Positions 31,021-40,566 of a DNA stretch of 64,000 nt are shown here, in pieces. Both the position numbers and the translations under genes were made by a program. The notes beneath the pieces are model-generated. The model was not told where the DNA came from. It was given only the letters and a program-made list of their open reading frames with translations, and searched no databases. Numbering within the stretch: position 1 is the stretch's first letter; each line of letters begins with the position of its first letter. This DNA comes from Chloroflexota bacterium (GTDB lineage Bacteria > Chloroflexota > Anaerolineae > Anaerolineales > UBA11579): contig JABJGH010000030.1 of assembly GCA_018662365.1 (NCBI GenBank), positions 2,270-66,269 of the forward strand, in the 5' to 3' direction.

Positions 31021-31731
31021 TTATTTTACATTTTGGCGCATTGTATCTAATTTGCTAGCGACTGAGCCATCAAGCACTTTATCACCAACTCGAATGACCA
31101 ATCCACCTAAAATGGTGGGGTCAACCTTAAACTCTATCGAGCCTTTAACAGTTCCTTCCACAGATTTCTTTTCGCCATCTGTAAGAGGGAGCGCACTGGT
31201 TACTACAGCATCGCCTTCAGCACCATCTGCGATGACAACTTTACCATCTTTAACACCAGAGAAGAATTCATCGATCAAGGCGTGTTGTCGTTTTTCATCC
31301 AAATTCTCACCAAGGAGTTTTTGGGTGGCGGACATTGCCAACACTGCAATCTGACCACGAACTTCACCTAAGAGGGCATCACGTTCTTCTGCCACACCCG
31401 CTCGAGCTTCATTGGCGGCTTCGCCAGCAAACTTTTCGGCAGCGGCTTTGATGTCACGGGCAACTTCCTCAGCACGCTGTGAAGCTTCTCGAACCACCTG
31501 GGCAGCCTCAGACTGAGCATCTGCTACGATCTTTTCTGCCTCAGTTTCGGCGTTTGCACGGGCTTCAGCAGCCACACGGGCATCTTCCATACCTTGGGCG
31601 ATCTTCTCACGTCGGTCTTCGAGCATCTTGATGATTGGGCCATAGACCCAAGCCTTCAAGATCACGAAAAGGACTAAGAAGTTGAAAAGCTGTACAAAGA
31701 AATAACCTAAATTAATTCCTAATGCTTCCAA
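31021..31731 (-). CDS. atpF: Fo subunit b fused to the C-terminal domain of delta
   Basis: N-terminal TM and coiled coil of b (P-x-x-x-ML-x-x-R-x-x-KI), then delta/OSCP C-terminal signature AVVTSALPL...VDPTILGGLVIRVGDKVLDGSV-x-x-KL. Confidence 0.9.
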   Translation of the reverse strand: MEALGINLGYFFVQLFNFLVLFVILKAWVYGPIIKMLEDRREKIAQGMEDARVAAEARANAETEAEKIVADAQSEAAQVVREASQRAEEVARDIKAAAEKFAGEAANEARAGVAEERDALLGEVRGQIAVLAMSATQKLLGENLDEKRQHALIDEFFSGVKDGKVVIADGAEGDAVVTSALPLTDGEKKSVEGTVKGSIEFKVDPTILGGLVIRVGDKVLDGSVASKLDTMRQNVK

Positions 31732-31749
31732 GAGATTACTCCTTTGTTA

Positions 31750-31992
31750 TTAATTTCCAACCACAAACAAGATCAAGAGAGCAACCACCAAACAGTAAAT
31801 AGCGACTGCTTCAGCGAATGCAATTCCCAAGATCATGTTGGTCTGAATTGTTCCAGTTACATCGGGGTTGCGTCCCATGGCCTGTACTGCACCACTGACA
31901 ACGATTCCGATTCCAGCGCCAGCGCCGATCGCGCCGATCATAGCCAATCCTGCGCCAATAAGTTTAGCTGCAATTACGATACTACCTTCCAT
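31750..31992 (-). CDS. atpE: Fo subunit c (80 aa)
   Basis: ATG at 31992 after GGAGG; GAGAGIG, RNP loop and conserved Glu in AEAVAIY. Confidence 0.96.
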   Translation of the reverse strand: MEGSIVIAAKLIGAGLAMIGAIGAGAGIGIVVSGAVQAMGRNPDVTGTIQTNMILGIAFAEAVAIYCLVVALLILFVVGN

Positions 31993-32058
31993 GATTATTA
32001 AGCCTCCAATACTTTTATTTAGACGGGATCTCCGTCTCAAACCTATTTAATAAATTTA

Positions 32059-33075
32059 TTAATGATCGTCGCCATGGGATTCGGTTGCCTGTGACATAAA
32101 CACCATCGTGAGCATACCGAATACGATTGCTTGGATCAGACCCACAAAGAACTCGAGCATTAAGAATGCGCTTTGAGCTACAACAGGTACTAATGTACCG
32201 ATAACAAATAACAATACCGACCCAGCGAAGATATTTCCAAATAGACGGAAGCTAAACGAAAGGATCTTTGCGAATTCACCGATCAATTCGAGTAAACCGA
32301 CTGCAAAGTCGATCACACCGAAGATCGGCACGCTAAAGAGCGTTTTGGTATTGAAAAATTTAGTCAAATATTTTGGACCTAAAGCCTTGAAACCCATCCA
32401 TTGCACCGCAACAACTGCGATAACCGCAAGAGCAAGGGTAAAATTTAGATCCGTTGATGCCACCCTAATAAAAGGCACGATTAAATAACCGTTGGAAGCC
32501 TCATGAGAGTCTTCAGCATGTACATCGTCAGCAACCACTGCCTCATCGGATTCAACAATGGTGTAAAAACCAGACCAAAGTTCTTCCTTTTCAAAACCAT
32601 GAACCTCACCATGAGCAGGTTCGAGCCAACCAATGCTATCCACACCGGGGATCAATTCGGTCCAGTTCCATACAAGTACACTAAGGGTAATTGTTGCAAA
32701 AACCGGGAAAATGAACTTTGTCCATTTCCCTGCAGTTCCCTCGGTGAGATTGTAGAGACCTTCTAACAGACCTTCAACTGCACCAGAAATGCCTTTGGGG
32801 AGAGCATCGGGATTCATAGATGCTCGTTTAATAGCAATTGCAATCAATATAATGATCACATCGGCTAATAACATCGCCAAAATGGTATTGGTGATATAAA
32901 ATGGCTGACCGAAAAATGTTAGTCCTGTTTCAAAGACGTTTTCGGCTGGTAGCTGAATATGCGGTTGAATTGGGGGGTAAGCCTTTGCAGCATAAAACCC
33001 AATAATGATGAAAGCAAGTACCCACCAGCGATGAACCCCCCAACGCCAGCCAGTTTTCTTTTCAGTTTGCTCCAC
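32059..33075 (-). CDS. atpB: Fo subunit a
   Basis: TDLN-x-T and SFSFRLFGNIFAG (essential Arg), E-x-FVG-x-IQA motifs; GTG start after AGGAGG. Confidence 0.96.
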   Translation of the reverse strand: MEQTEKKTGWRWGVHRWWVLAFIIIGFYAAKAYPPIQPHIQLPAENVFETGLTFFGQPFYITNTILAMLLADVIIILIAIAIKRASMNPDALPKGISGAVEGLLEGLYNLTEGTAGKWTKFIFPVFATITLSVLVWNWTELIPGVDSIGWLEPAHGEVHGFEKEELWSGFYTIVESDEAVVADDVHAEDSHEASNGYLIVPFIRVASTDLNFTLALAVIAVVAVQWMGFKALGPKYLTKFFNTKTLFSVPIFGVIDFAVGLLELIGEFAKILSFSFRLFGNIFAGSVLLFVIGTLVPVVAQSAFLMLEFFVGLIQAIVFGMLTMVFMSQATESHGDDH

Positions 33076-33367
33076 TGTCTGCGTCCTCCTGTAATTTTTT
33101 TTCTTCAGCAGTCTCGTTTTCAGAATTTAGACTAAAACGGGATGTCGTAAATCGGACAGCCCATAATAAGCCTGCGATCGTCGCCGGAATACTCAAGATT
33201 ATTAAACCAATTGTAAAAAGGTGCTTTGCGCTATCAAAAACTTTATCTAAATATAGACCCAGAAATACCGCAACAGCAATAATCAAGACTGTTACACAAC
33301 CCGGAATACCAATCCCAGCAAAAACGAGTTTAAAAGTATTCGCTTGATCGTTCTTTTGTTGTGTCAT
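33062..33367 (-). CDS. AtpZ/AtpI-family two-TM ATP synthase accessory protein
   Basis: G-x-x-LD...FTIGL pattern with two TM helices; overlaps the atpB start. Confidence 0.75.
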   Translation of the reverse strand: MTQQKNDQANTFKLVFAGIGIPGCVTVLIIAVAVFLGLYLDKVFDSAKHLFTIGLIILSIPATIAGLLWAVRFTTSRFSLNSENETAEEKKLQEDADSGAN

Positions 33368-33388
33368 ATCAATCTTGATTAAACGTGA

Positions 33389-33418
33389 GCATTATATCAT
33401 AAAGAGATAATGCGTCAA
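33389..33418 (-). promoter_or_regulatory. Internal promoter for the Fo genes with overlapping inverted repeat
   Basis: Minus strand TTGACG-N16-TATAAT with TG extension; GCATTAT...ATAATGC palindrome at 33389-33413. Confidence 0.65.
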
Positions 33419-33486
33419 TAAATGAGACATTTTCTGCAAAATTAGCTTATTCTTTGATGCTAATTTTGCTAAATCTCAATAAAACC

Positions 33487-34917
33487 TTAGAAAAATGAAC
33501 TCGCCACTTTTTGAGCAAGCTCAAACATTGGCGCCATGATCACACCCAAGAAAGTAACGCCTAGGACACAGATAATGATAGCCAAACTTTGTGACTTTGC
33601 TACTGGGAATGGGACTTCGTCCCCTTCTTGGCGACGGAGGTATACAAATTTAATGACCGTCAAATAATAGTAAAGGGCGATCACAGCATTCAACACACCG
33701 ACAACTGCCAACCAGACCATATCGGCTTGAATAGCTGCTGAAAAGACGAGTAACTTACCGAAAAAGCCGCCTAGTGGAGGAATTCCACCAAGGGATAAGA
33801 AAGTAAATAACATCGCAAAAGCTAAGCCTGGGCTACGTCGGCTAAATCCAGCATAATCTTCAATCTCATCTGATCCGGTTTGCTTATAATAAATGGCCAC
33901 AAAACCGAAAGCAGCCAAGTTTGTGAGCAAATATGCGGCAATATAATAAACTACACTGATCACCCCTAATGATGAGGCTGCTGCCACGCCCATGAGGATA
34001 TAGCCTGCATGTCCAATAGAAGAATAGGCGAGCATTCGTTTGATGTTCGTTTGACGTAAAGCAACCAAGTTTCCAACGGTCATGGTGATCGCAGAAAGGA
34101 TCGCCAACAGTGTCTGCCATTCAACGGTTACAGATGGGAAGGCTACCAACATTACTCGAACCAACACTGCGAACCCAGCCGCTTTGGAAGCCGTGGACAA
34201 GAAGCCGGTTACAGGAGTAGGTGCGCCTTCATATACATCTGGTGACCAGAAATGAAAGGGGAACATGGAGATTTTAAAACCAAAACCGACAAGTACCAAA
34301 ATAATACTTGTCATCAATGGCAATGTGGGCACGTTTCCAGCAGCAATTGCATCTGCCAGAGCATAAATATCGGTGGTGCCACCAAAACCAAAGAGAAGGC
34401 TGAAACCGTACATCATTACGGCGGAAGTCATCGCTCCAAATAATAAATATTTAAAACCGGCCTCTGCAGATTTACCGTCTTTGGTTGAGAATCCAGCCAT
34501 GATATACAGTGGAATTGATGCTGTTTCGATCGCCAATAAGAGCATGACGAGATCGCCTGCAGCACCCATCAGGGTCATTCCTAAAGTGGAAAGGACCAAT
34601 AAGCCATAGAATTCACCGCGATCGCCGATCGCTTCCCAGCCACGTGAGAAGACCACCGTAAAAGCTGCGCCAGCAATAAAGACCAATCTAAAGACAAAAG
34701 CCATCCAATCATGGCGGAGCATGCCGCCCCAGATCACTTCTTCTTCCCCTGGTTGAGCTAAGAGGATGGTTAATACAAAAGTAATCACCAATCCAAACAG
34801 TGCAATCCAGTTAAGGGTATCTTTGCCTTCTTCTTTCAATCTAATGTCAACCAATAGTAAGATCGCGGCCAGCACCAATAATGCAATTTCAGGGAGTATC
34901 GCTAAATAATCTACCAT
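33487..34917 (-). CDS. nuoN: NADH-quinone oxidoreductase subunit N
   Basis: EAGFKY, GFKIS-x-x-PFHFW-x-PDVYEGAP, SKAAG, KRMLAYSSI-x-HAG and GFFGK motifs. Confidence 0.95.
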   Translation of the reverse strand: MVDYLAILPEIALLVLAAILLLVDIRLKEEGKDTLNWIALFGLVITFVLTILLAQPGEEEVIWGGMLRHDWMAFVFRLVFIAGAAFTVVFSRGWEAIGDRGEFYGLLVLSTLGMTLMGAAGDLVMLLLAIETASIPLYIMAGFSTKDGKSAEAGFKYLLFGAMTSAVMMYGFSLLFGFGGTTDIYALADAIAAGNVPTLPLMTSIILVLVGFGFKISMFPFHFWSPDVYEGAPTPVTGFLSTASKAAGFAVLVRVMLVAFPSVTVEWQTLLAILSAITMTVGNLVALRQTNIKRMLAYSSIGHAGYILMGVAAASSLGVISVVYYIAAYLLTNLAAFGFVAIYYKQTGSDEIEDYAGFSRRSPGLAFAMLFTFLSLGGIPPLGGFFGKLLVFSAAIQADMVWLAVVGVLNAVIALYYYLTVIKFVYLRRQEGDEVPFPVAKSQSLAIIICVLGVTFLGVIMAPMFELAQKVASSFF

Positions 34918-34920
34918 TTC

Positions 34921-36453
34921 CTAACCTCCCACGCCTAGAACAGCCAAAACTGTTTTGACCCCGGTTTCCATCATTGGAACCATCACCGATGGGAAAATAC
35001 CAATGCCAACCAAGAATAAACAGAGCAGACCAAGAGCAAACTTTTCGCTTGGTTTCACATCTTTTATATGCCCTTCAAGTTCTTTGGGCAGATCTCCGAA
35101 GAAAACTCGCACGATCAATCGAATAATATATGCGGCAGTGATCACGATTGAGATCGCTGCAACGATTGCAATCCAACTTTTATTTCCTAGACCAGCCCAT
35201 GCAGGACCTGCCCAGGCCGCTTTCTCGCCCCAGAGACCCATGAAGATCGGGAACTCGGCGACAAAACCAGAAAAACCAGGCATACCCATCGAGACAAGAC
35301 CACCGATAATAAAGGCTAGAGTGGGGATCGGCATAAATTTAGCGATACCTCCCAGCTTCGATAGGTCTCTAGTATGCGCTTGATCGTAGATCATACCGAC
35401 CACGGCAAAGAAGAGAGCCGTCATAACACCGTGGGATACCATCTGAACACTTGCACCCACCATACCGTCATGGTTGAGTGTAGCAAAACCCATCACTACT
35501 AATCCCATATGGGAAACGGATGAGAATCCGATTACATATTTCATGTCGGTTTGGACCATAGCGATATAAGCACCATAGACCACATTGACAAGAGTGAGGA
35601 AGATCATCCAGGGCATATGGAACTTTGCACCCTCAGGGAGAAGCATAATGCCCACCCGTAAAGCAGCAAAAGCACCCAATTTCATCAACACGCCCGCATG
35701 GAACATAGACACTGCGGTGGGTGCTGCCACGTGACCATCGGGAGACCAGTTATGGAAGGGGAAAATACCGCCCAAAATGGCAAAACCGATAAAGACAAAG
35801 GGGAACCAAAGTTTTTGGAATTCAACGGGGAAGCTCACATCTTGCATAGCGATCATATCGAAACTTGGAACACCAGTGGATTCCCAAGCATAGAAGAACA
35901 TTGCAAGCGCACCAACCAAGGCGACCACCGAACCGATCACCAAATAAAGGGTCAACTTCATCGCTGCGTATTCTCTCGTTTCTTTCCATCCCCAAACAGC
36001 AATCAAAATATACATCGGGAACACTGCAATCTCATAAAAGAAAAACAAAACGAACATATCCAGCGAGACAAATACACCGAAAACGCCGGTGGCTAATAAA
36101 AAGAGAAAGGCAAAAAATTCTCTGGGTCTGTCATCGATGCGTTGAGAAATGATCACACCGGTGAACATCACCAACCCAGTCAATAAGACTAGTGGAGCAG
36201 AAATGCCGTCCACAGCCACATAATAATTGATGCCCAATGCAGGAAGCCATTCAAATTGATCGATCATTTGATATCCAGCAGCATCTATATCGTAGCTAAC
36301 AAAAACCACGACGGAAAGCAGGAATGTGATTAAGCCGATTACCAAGGCTATTTTATAAAAGAGTTTCTTCTTATAGCCTGGAATCAGCATCATCAACAAC
36401 CCAGAAACTGCCGGGAGAAAAACGATGATACTAATAATATAAGGAATTTCCAT
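34921..36453 (-). CDS. nuoM: NADH-quinone oxidoreductase subunit M (second copy, divergent TM7)
   Basis: VDGIS, FYE, PFHNWSPDGH, VLMKLG, SSVSHMG and GFVAEF motifs. Confidence 0.9.
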   Translation of the reverse strand: MEIPYIISIIVFLPAVSGLLMMLIPGYKKKLFYKIALVIGLITFLLSVVVFVSYDIDAAGYQMIDQFEWLPALGINYYVAVDGISAPLVLLTGLVMFTGVIISQRIDDRPREFFAFLFLLATGVFGVFVSLDMFVLFFFYEIAVFPMYILIAVWGWKETREYAAMKLTLYLVIGSVVALVGALAMFFYAWESTGVPSFDMIAMQDVSFPVEFQKLWFPFVFIGFAILGGIFPFHNWSPDGHVAAPTAVSMFHAGVLMKLGAFAALRVGIMLLPEGAKFHMPWMIFLTLVNVVYGAYIAMVQTDMKYVIGFSSVSHMGLVVMGFATLNHDGMVGASVQMVSHGVMTALFFAVVGMIYDQAHTRDLSKLGGIAKFMPIPTLAFIIGGLVSMGMPGFSGFVAEFPIFMGLWGEKAAWAGPAWAGLGNKSWIAIVAAISIVITAAYIIRLIVRVFFGDLPKELEGHIKDVKPSEKFALGLLCLFLVGIGIFPSVMVPMMETGVKTVLAVLGVGG

Positions 36454-36470
36454 TCGTCACCTCTGCTTGG

Positions 36471-38039
36471 CTAACCAAGCATCTCCAAGAGAGCCATACT
36501 GGCCTTATTGATCACGTCTAGCAACCAACCTGGCCAAACCCCCAACCAGAGCATCATCACCATTAAGGGGACGATTACAAATAGCTCTCGCTTGTTGATC
36601 TCGGTCAAATGATCAGAATGTTTTTCATTGACCGGGCCGTGCAAAGTTTTGCCGATCCCTTTAAGGACATAAGCGCCAGTAAAGAGCAATCCGATCATGC
36701 TCAGGGCAGTCCAAAATGTGAAGATCGGCCAGGAGCCTCGTACTACCAGGAACTCGGAAACAAAGCCATTCAGGCCGGGCAAACCGAGAGAAGCCATGGA
36801 GACGAAAATCAAGATTCCGCCATAAATTGGAACGAGTGGGAAATAGCCACCCATTTCATCCAAGTCGCGGGTATGTATACGTTCATAAATAACACCGACA
36901 AGGAAGAACATCCCGGCGGCGGAAAGACCGTGGTTGAACATTTGCAGCACAGCACCATTGAGGGCGATGACTGCGTCTTCTGTTCCTGCCATTTTGGCAG
37001 CGGCAGCAATACCGAGCAGCACAAAACCCATATGATTTACTGAGGAGTAAGCCACAAGTCGTTTGAAGTCTTTTTGACCAAAAGCGGCGAATGCACCAAA
37101 GATGATCGCAGCTGTTGCGAGCCCTGCAATAATATTCGCACTAGCAGCGGCTTCAGCTGGATAGAGCGGAAGCACAAAGCGGAGGAAACCATAGGCACCT
37201 AATTTTAGCAATACACCAGCCAAGATCATTGAGCCAGCTGTAGGAGCTTCGGTATGGGCATCTGGTAACCAAGTGTGGAAAGGCCAGATGGGAACTTTGA
37301 CTGCGAATGCAATTGCAAAAGCCCAGAAGGCAACTTTCTTTGCTGTGGCGACCGTGACCCAACCAAGGATTATTTCTTCCCCACCCATTGCATTCCAACC
37401 TGCGACAATTTCAGGCAAGTTGAAGGTGTGGAAAACCACGCCTAACATCTGGATGGCGAGCAGTAATCCTAAAGAGCCAGCCATGGTATAGATCATAAAT
37501 TTGAAGGAAGCATAGGTGCGATTTGCAACCGTGATGCCACCCCATAATTTTCTTTCACCCTTGGGGCTGCCCCATTGGTTGATCAAGAAATACATAGGAA
37601 CCAAACCAATTTCCCAGAAAACGAAGAAGATCAAGAGGTCTTGGGACATGAAGACACCCAACATGCCAACTTCCAAGAAAAGGAAGAGTGCCATATAAGC
37701 TTTGACTCGATCGGTAATGCTGAAAGAAGCCAAAATAGCGAAGGGGGTCAACAATGTAGTTAGGAGTACCATTGTCATGGAGAGACCATCTACACCGACA
37801 TAGAAGGTGGAGTTGATCGCCTCATACCAAACAAATTCTTGTGCGAACTTCAATCCATCCGCATTTGCAACTGCACCGTCAAATCCAACCCAAAGAATAA
37901 TCGCCATAACCAAAGAAATGAGGCTGACGACTAAGGCCACGATGCGAGTTGTTTTCTTGTTTTTCCCGGGCAGCAGGGCAATAATTAATGCACCCACTAA
38001 TGGGGTAAACAATATTGAGGTAAGCAAGTTTATGTCCAT
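36471..38039 (-). CDS. nuoM: NADH-quinone oxidoreductase subunit M (first copy)
   Basis: VDGLS, FWE, VKVPIWPFHTWLPDAH, LLKLG, AYSSVNHMG and GFVSEF motifs. Confidence 0.93.
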   Translation of the reverse strand: MDINLLTSILFTPLVGALIIALLPGKNKKTTRIVALVVSLISLVMAIILWVGFDGAVANADGLKFAQEFVWYEAINSTFYVGVDGLSMTMVLLTTLLTPFAILASFSITDRVKAYMALFLFLEVGMLGVFMSQDLLIFFVFWEIGLVPMYFLINQWGSPKGERKLWGGITVANRTYASFKFMIYTMAGSLGLLLAIQMLGVVFHTFNLPEIVAGWNAMGGEEIILGWVTVATAKKVAFWAFAIAFAVKVPIWPFHTWLPDAHTEAPTAGSMILAGVLLKLGAYGFLRFVLPLYPAEAAASANIIAGLATAAIIFGAFAAFGQKDFKRLVAYSSVNHMGFVLLGIAAAAKMAGTEDAVIALNGAVLQMFNHGLSAAGMFFLVGVIYERIHTRDLDEMGGYFPLVPIYGGILIFVSMASLGLPGLNGFVSEFLVVRGSWPIFTFWTALSMIGLLFTGAYVLKGIGKTLHGPVNEKHSDHLTEINKRELFVIVPLMVMMLWLGVWPGWLLDVINKASMALLEMLG

Positions 38040-38049
38040 AACCTCGCTC

Positions 38050-40224
38050 CTAGTTTAATGTCATCCAGAAGGCAAAGAGCGCAACAAAGGCTCCGAGCAC
38101 AGCGATGATCATATATTGTTGAATATTGCCGGACTGGATCTTGCGGATCTTTTCGCCAAACCATTGGGTCATTGCGGCAGTGCCATCACCGAAGAACTCA
38201 TTAATCACTGGTAAGTCGAATTTTTCGCGGAAGATCGTTCCCAAGGAGAAAGTTAGCTCTGCAACCTTATGCAGGAAGCCATCAATTACCTTGCGGTCCA
38301 TAAATTCATAAACTACTTTTTCTGAGAAAACGGCTAAAGGTTTTACTAAAACTTTGTCGTATAGCTCATCGAAGTAGTATTTATTCTTTAATAGGGTGTG
38401 GACCGGGCCTAATAGTTTCTTGATCGGATCATTTTCAGCGGTGGTCGCATTGCGATATACCAACCATCCGGTGAGAAGTCCACCTAATGCCACAACCAAC
38501 GATGTGATCAATGGGGTCCAGCTAAAGTGAATTGTCTCAAAGTGAATGAATGAGGGCAATCCATGGGCAATAAAGTCATGGAACCAATTAGGCAATATGC
38601 CGCCGATTCCAGGGAAATGTTCAGGAACACCAACCCACCCGAAACCAATCGCAAAGATTGCTAAGACGATTAATGGAGTAGTCATTGTTGCCGGGGTTTC
38701 ATGTGCGTGCTCAGCTTCTTTTGTGCGAGCTTTGCCGAGGAAGGTCAAGGTGATCTGGCGCATTGTATAGAAAGCAGTAAGGAAAGCAGCAATTGCTAAA
38801 GTCCAAAATACGCCCATATGTCCATTTGCAAAAGCATCAGCTAAAATTTCATCTTTCGACCAGAAGCCTGCGGTTATAAGGGGGAAACCAGAGAGGGCAA
38901 AACCTCCAATCAAGAATGTCCAAAAAGTTTTGGGCATTTTTTTGCTTAGGCCGCCCATGTTGTACATATCTTGGGGATCAACCTTGTGATTGCCTGTATG
39001 TAAAACCCCATGTTCCATGCCATGAATGACTGAGCCAGAACCGAGGAATAAGAGCGCTTTGAAAAATGCGTGAGTTACTAAATGGAACACTGCAGCCACA
39101 TAAGCACCAATGCCTAGAGCGGCGACCATAAAGCCTAATTGGGATATGGTGGAATATGCTAAGACCCGCTTGACATCATTTTGGGCGACCGCGATCGTTG
39201 CGGCAAATAGCGCCGTGATCGAACCGATGACCGCCAAAACTGTCATGGCAGTGGTCAACTCTCCGTGTCCACCAGCTTGAAGCAATGGGAACATACGGAT
39301 GACCATATATACACCGGCAGAAACCATTGTGGCTGCGTGGATCATTGCGGAAACTGGTGTGGGTCCTTCCATTGCATCGGGCAACCAGACGTGGAGCGGG
39401 AACTGAGCTGATTTTCCAACCGTACCAATGAAAAGTAATATTCCAGCCAGACCAGCCACAGATAGACCAGGAATGTAGGAATCAGCATGGGCCAAATGAG
39501 AAATCATTTCTTCGGTGAAGATCGCCTTGAAACTTAGCGTCCCTGCCTCGGTGAAGAGATAAGAGATACCTAGAAGCATGAAGACGTCCCCAACGCGGGT
39601 GGTCATGAAGGCCTTCTTGGCTGCATTCTTCGCGGAATCTTTTCCAAACCAGAAACCGATCAATAAGTAAGAACAGAGCCCCATGATCTCCCAACCGACA
39701 AATAATGTCAGTAAGTTATCGGAGACCACCAAGGTAAACATTCCAAATGCGAATAATCCAATAAACGCAAAGAATCGAGCATACATCGGCTCGATAGAAA
39801 GAACTGTGTGCCCATCTTGGGCAGCGCCATGAGGGGGGAACCCTTTCTTGTCATGGTCACCTTTGGGTTGACCGTAGTTATGATAACCAATACTGTAAAT
39901 GAAGATCATCAATACTGTTATGGCAACAAAGAATAAGACAATGGCAGAAAGAGGATCGATCATTACCCCGATTTCGAAGGGTTTATCGCCCAAGTTCAGC
40001 CAGGTGATCGCATTGCCAAATGGGTGTTCAGCGAAATGATTGGTTGTAAGTGCCTGATAAAAAACATACATGGCACCTAAGAATGAGAGGCCTGCGCCAC
40101 CTACTGCAATGCTGTGACTCAACTTATTGTTCTTGTTCGTAAACAAGACAATAAAGAAGAAGGCCAACAACGGCGGGAGTGGGATCAGCCAGATGATGAG
40201 ATTAGTTAATTCCATAGTTTCCAC
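38050..40224 (-). CDS. nuoL: NADH-quinone oxidoreductase subunit L with elongated lateral helix
   Basis: GWE-x-MGLCSY, GKSAQFPLHVWLPDAMEGPTPVSA, HAFFKALLFL and GFWSKD motifs. Confidence 0.96.
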   Translation of the reverse strand: METMELTNLIIWLIPLPPLLAFFFIVLFTNKNNKLSHSIAVGGAGLSFLGAMYVFYQALTTNHFAEHPFGNAITWLNLGDKPFEIGVMIDPLSAIVLFFVAITVLMIFIYSIGYHNYGQPKGDHDKKGFPPHGAAQDGHTVLSIEPMYARFFAFIGLFAFGMFTLVVSDNLLTLFVGWEIMGLCSYLLIGFWFGKDSAKNAAKKAFMTTRVGDVFMLLGISYLFTEAGTLSFKAIFTEEMISHLAHADSYIPGLSVAGLAGILLFIGTVGKSAQFPLHVWLPDAMEGPTPVSAMIHAATMVSAGVYMVIRMFPLLQAGGHGELTTAMTVLAVIGSITALFAATIAVAQNDVKRVLAYSTISQLGFMVAALGIGAYVAAVFHLVTHAFFKALLFLGSGSVIHGMEHGVLHTGNHKVDPQDMYNMGGLSKKMPKTFWTFLIGGFALSGFPLITAGFWSKDEILADAFANGHMGVFWTLAIAAFLTAFYTMRQITLTFLGKARTKEAEHAHETPATMTTPLIVLAIFAIGFGWVGVPEHFPGIGGILPNWFHDFIAHGLPSFIHFETIHFSWTPLITSLVVALGGLLTGWLVYRNATTAENDPIKKLLGPVHTLLKNKYYFDELYDKVLVKPLAVFSEKVVYEFMDRKVIDGFLHKVAELTFSLGTIFREKFDLPVINEFFGDGTAAMTQWFGEKIRKIQSGNIQQYMIIAVLGAFVALFAFWMTLN

Positions 40225-40243
40225 ACACCTAGGTTCTAAAGAT

Positions 40244-40552
40244 TTACCATTTCATCAGGTTGATTTCATCAGCAGAAACAGTGTCTCGCCGACGATAAAC
40301 CGTCATGATTAAGGCAATACCAACTGCCACCTCGGCAGCGGCTACCACGAATACCATAGCAGCAAATACCTGGCCACTCACATTTTCAGGAGTCAGGTAT
40401 CGCCAAAAAGCTACCAAATTAATATTGACCGCATTAAGCATCAGCTCAATACCCATCAAGATCATGATCGCATTCTTTCGAGCTAAAACTGCGTAAAGCC
40501 CAATAGAAAACAATCCGGCAGCGACGATCAAATAATTACTGAGAGGGATCAT
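40244..40552 (-). CDS. nuoK: NADH-quinone oxidoreductase subunit K
   Basis: IELMLNAVNIN and GQVF...AAAE-x-AVG motifs; ATG at 40552 fits the GAGG spacing. Confidence 0.95.
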   Translation of the reverse strand: MIPLSNYLIVAAGLFSIGLYAVLARKNAIMILMGIELMLNAVNINLVAFWRYLTPENVSGQVFAAMVFVVAAAEVAVGIALIMTVYRRRDTVSADEINLMKW

Positions 40553-40566
40553 ATGCAATACCTCGC

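Noticed and set aside
31993-32040. N-terminal extension of atpE in the ORF track (96 aa)
   Set aside because: GGAGG positions the ATG at 31992, giving a normal 80-aa c subunit
31021-33367. N-ATPase or Na+-coupled ATP synthase, suggested by the b-delta fusion
   Set aside because: Gene order is not atpDCQRBEFAG, no atpR is seen, and subunit c lacks the Na+ ligands (GIG instead of Q/E; EAV instead of ES/T), so it looks H+-coupled
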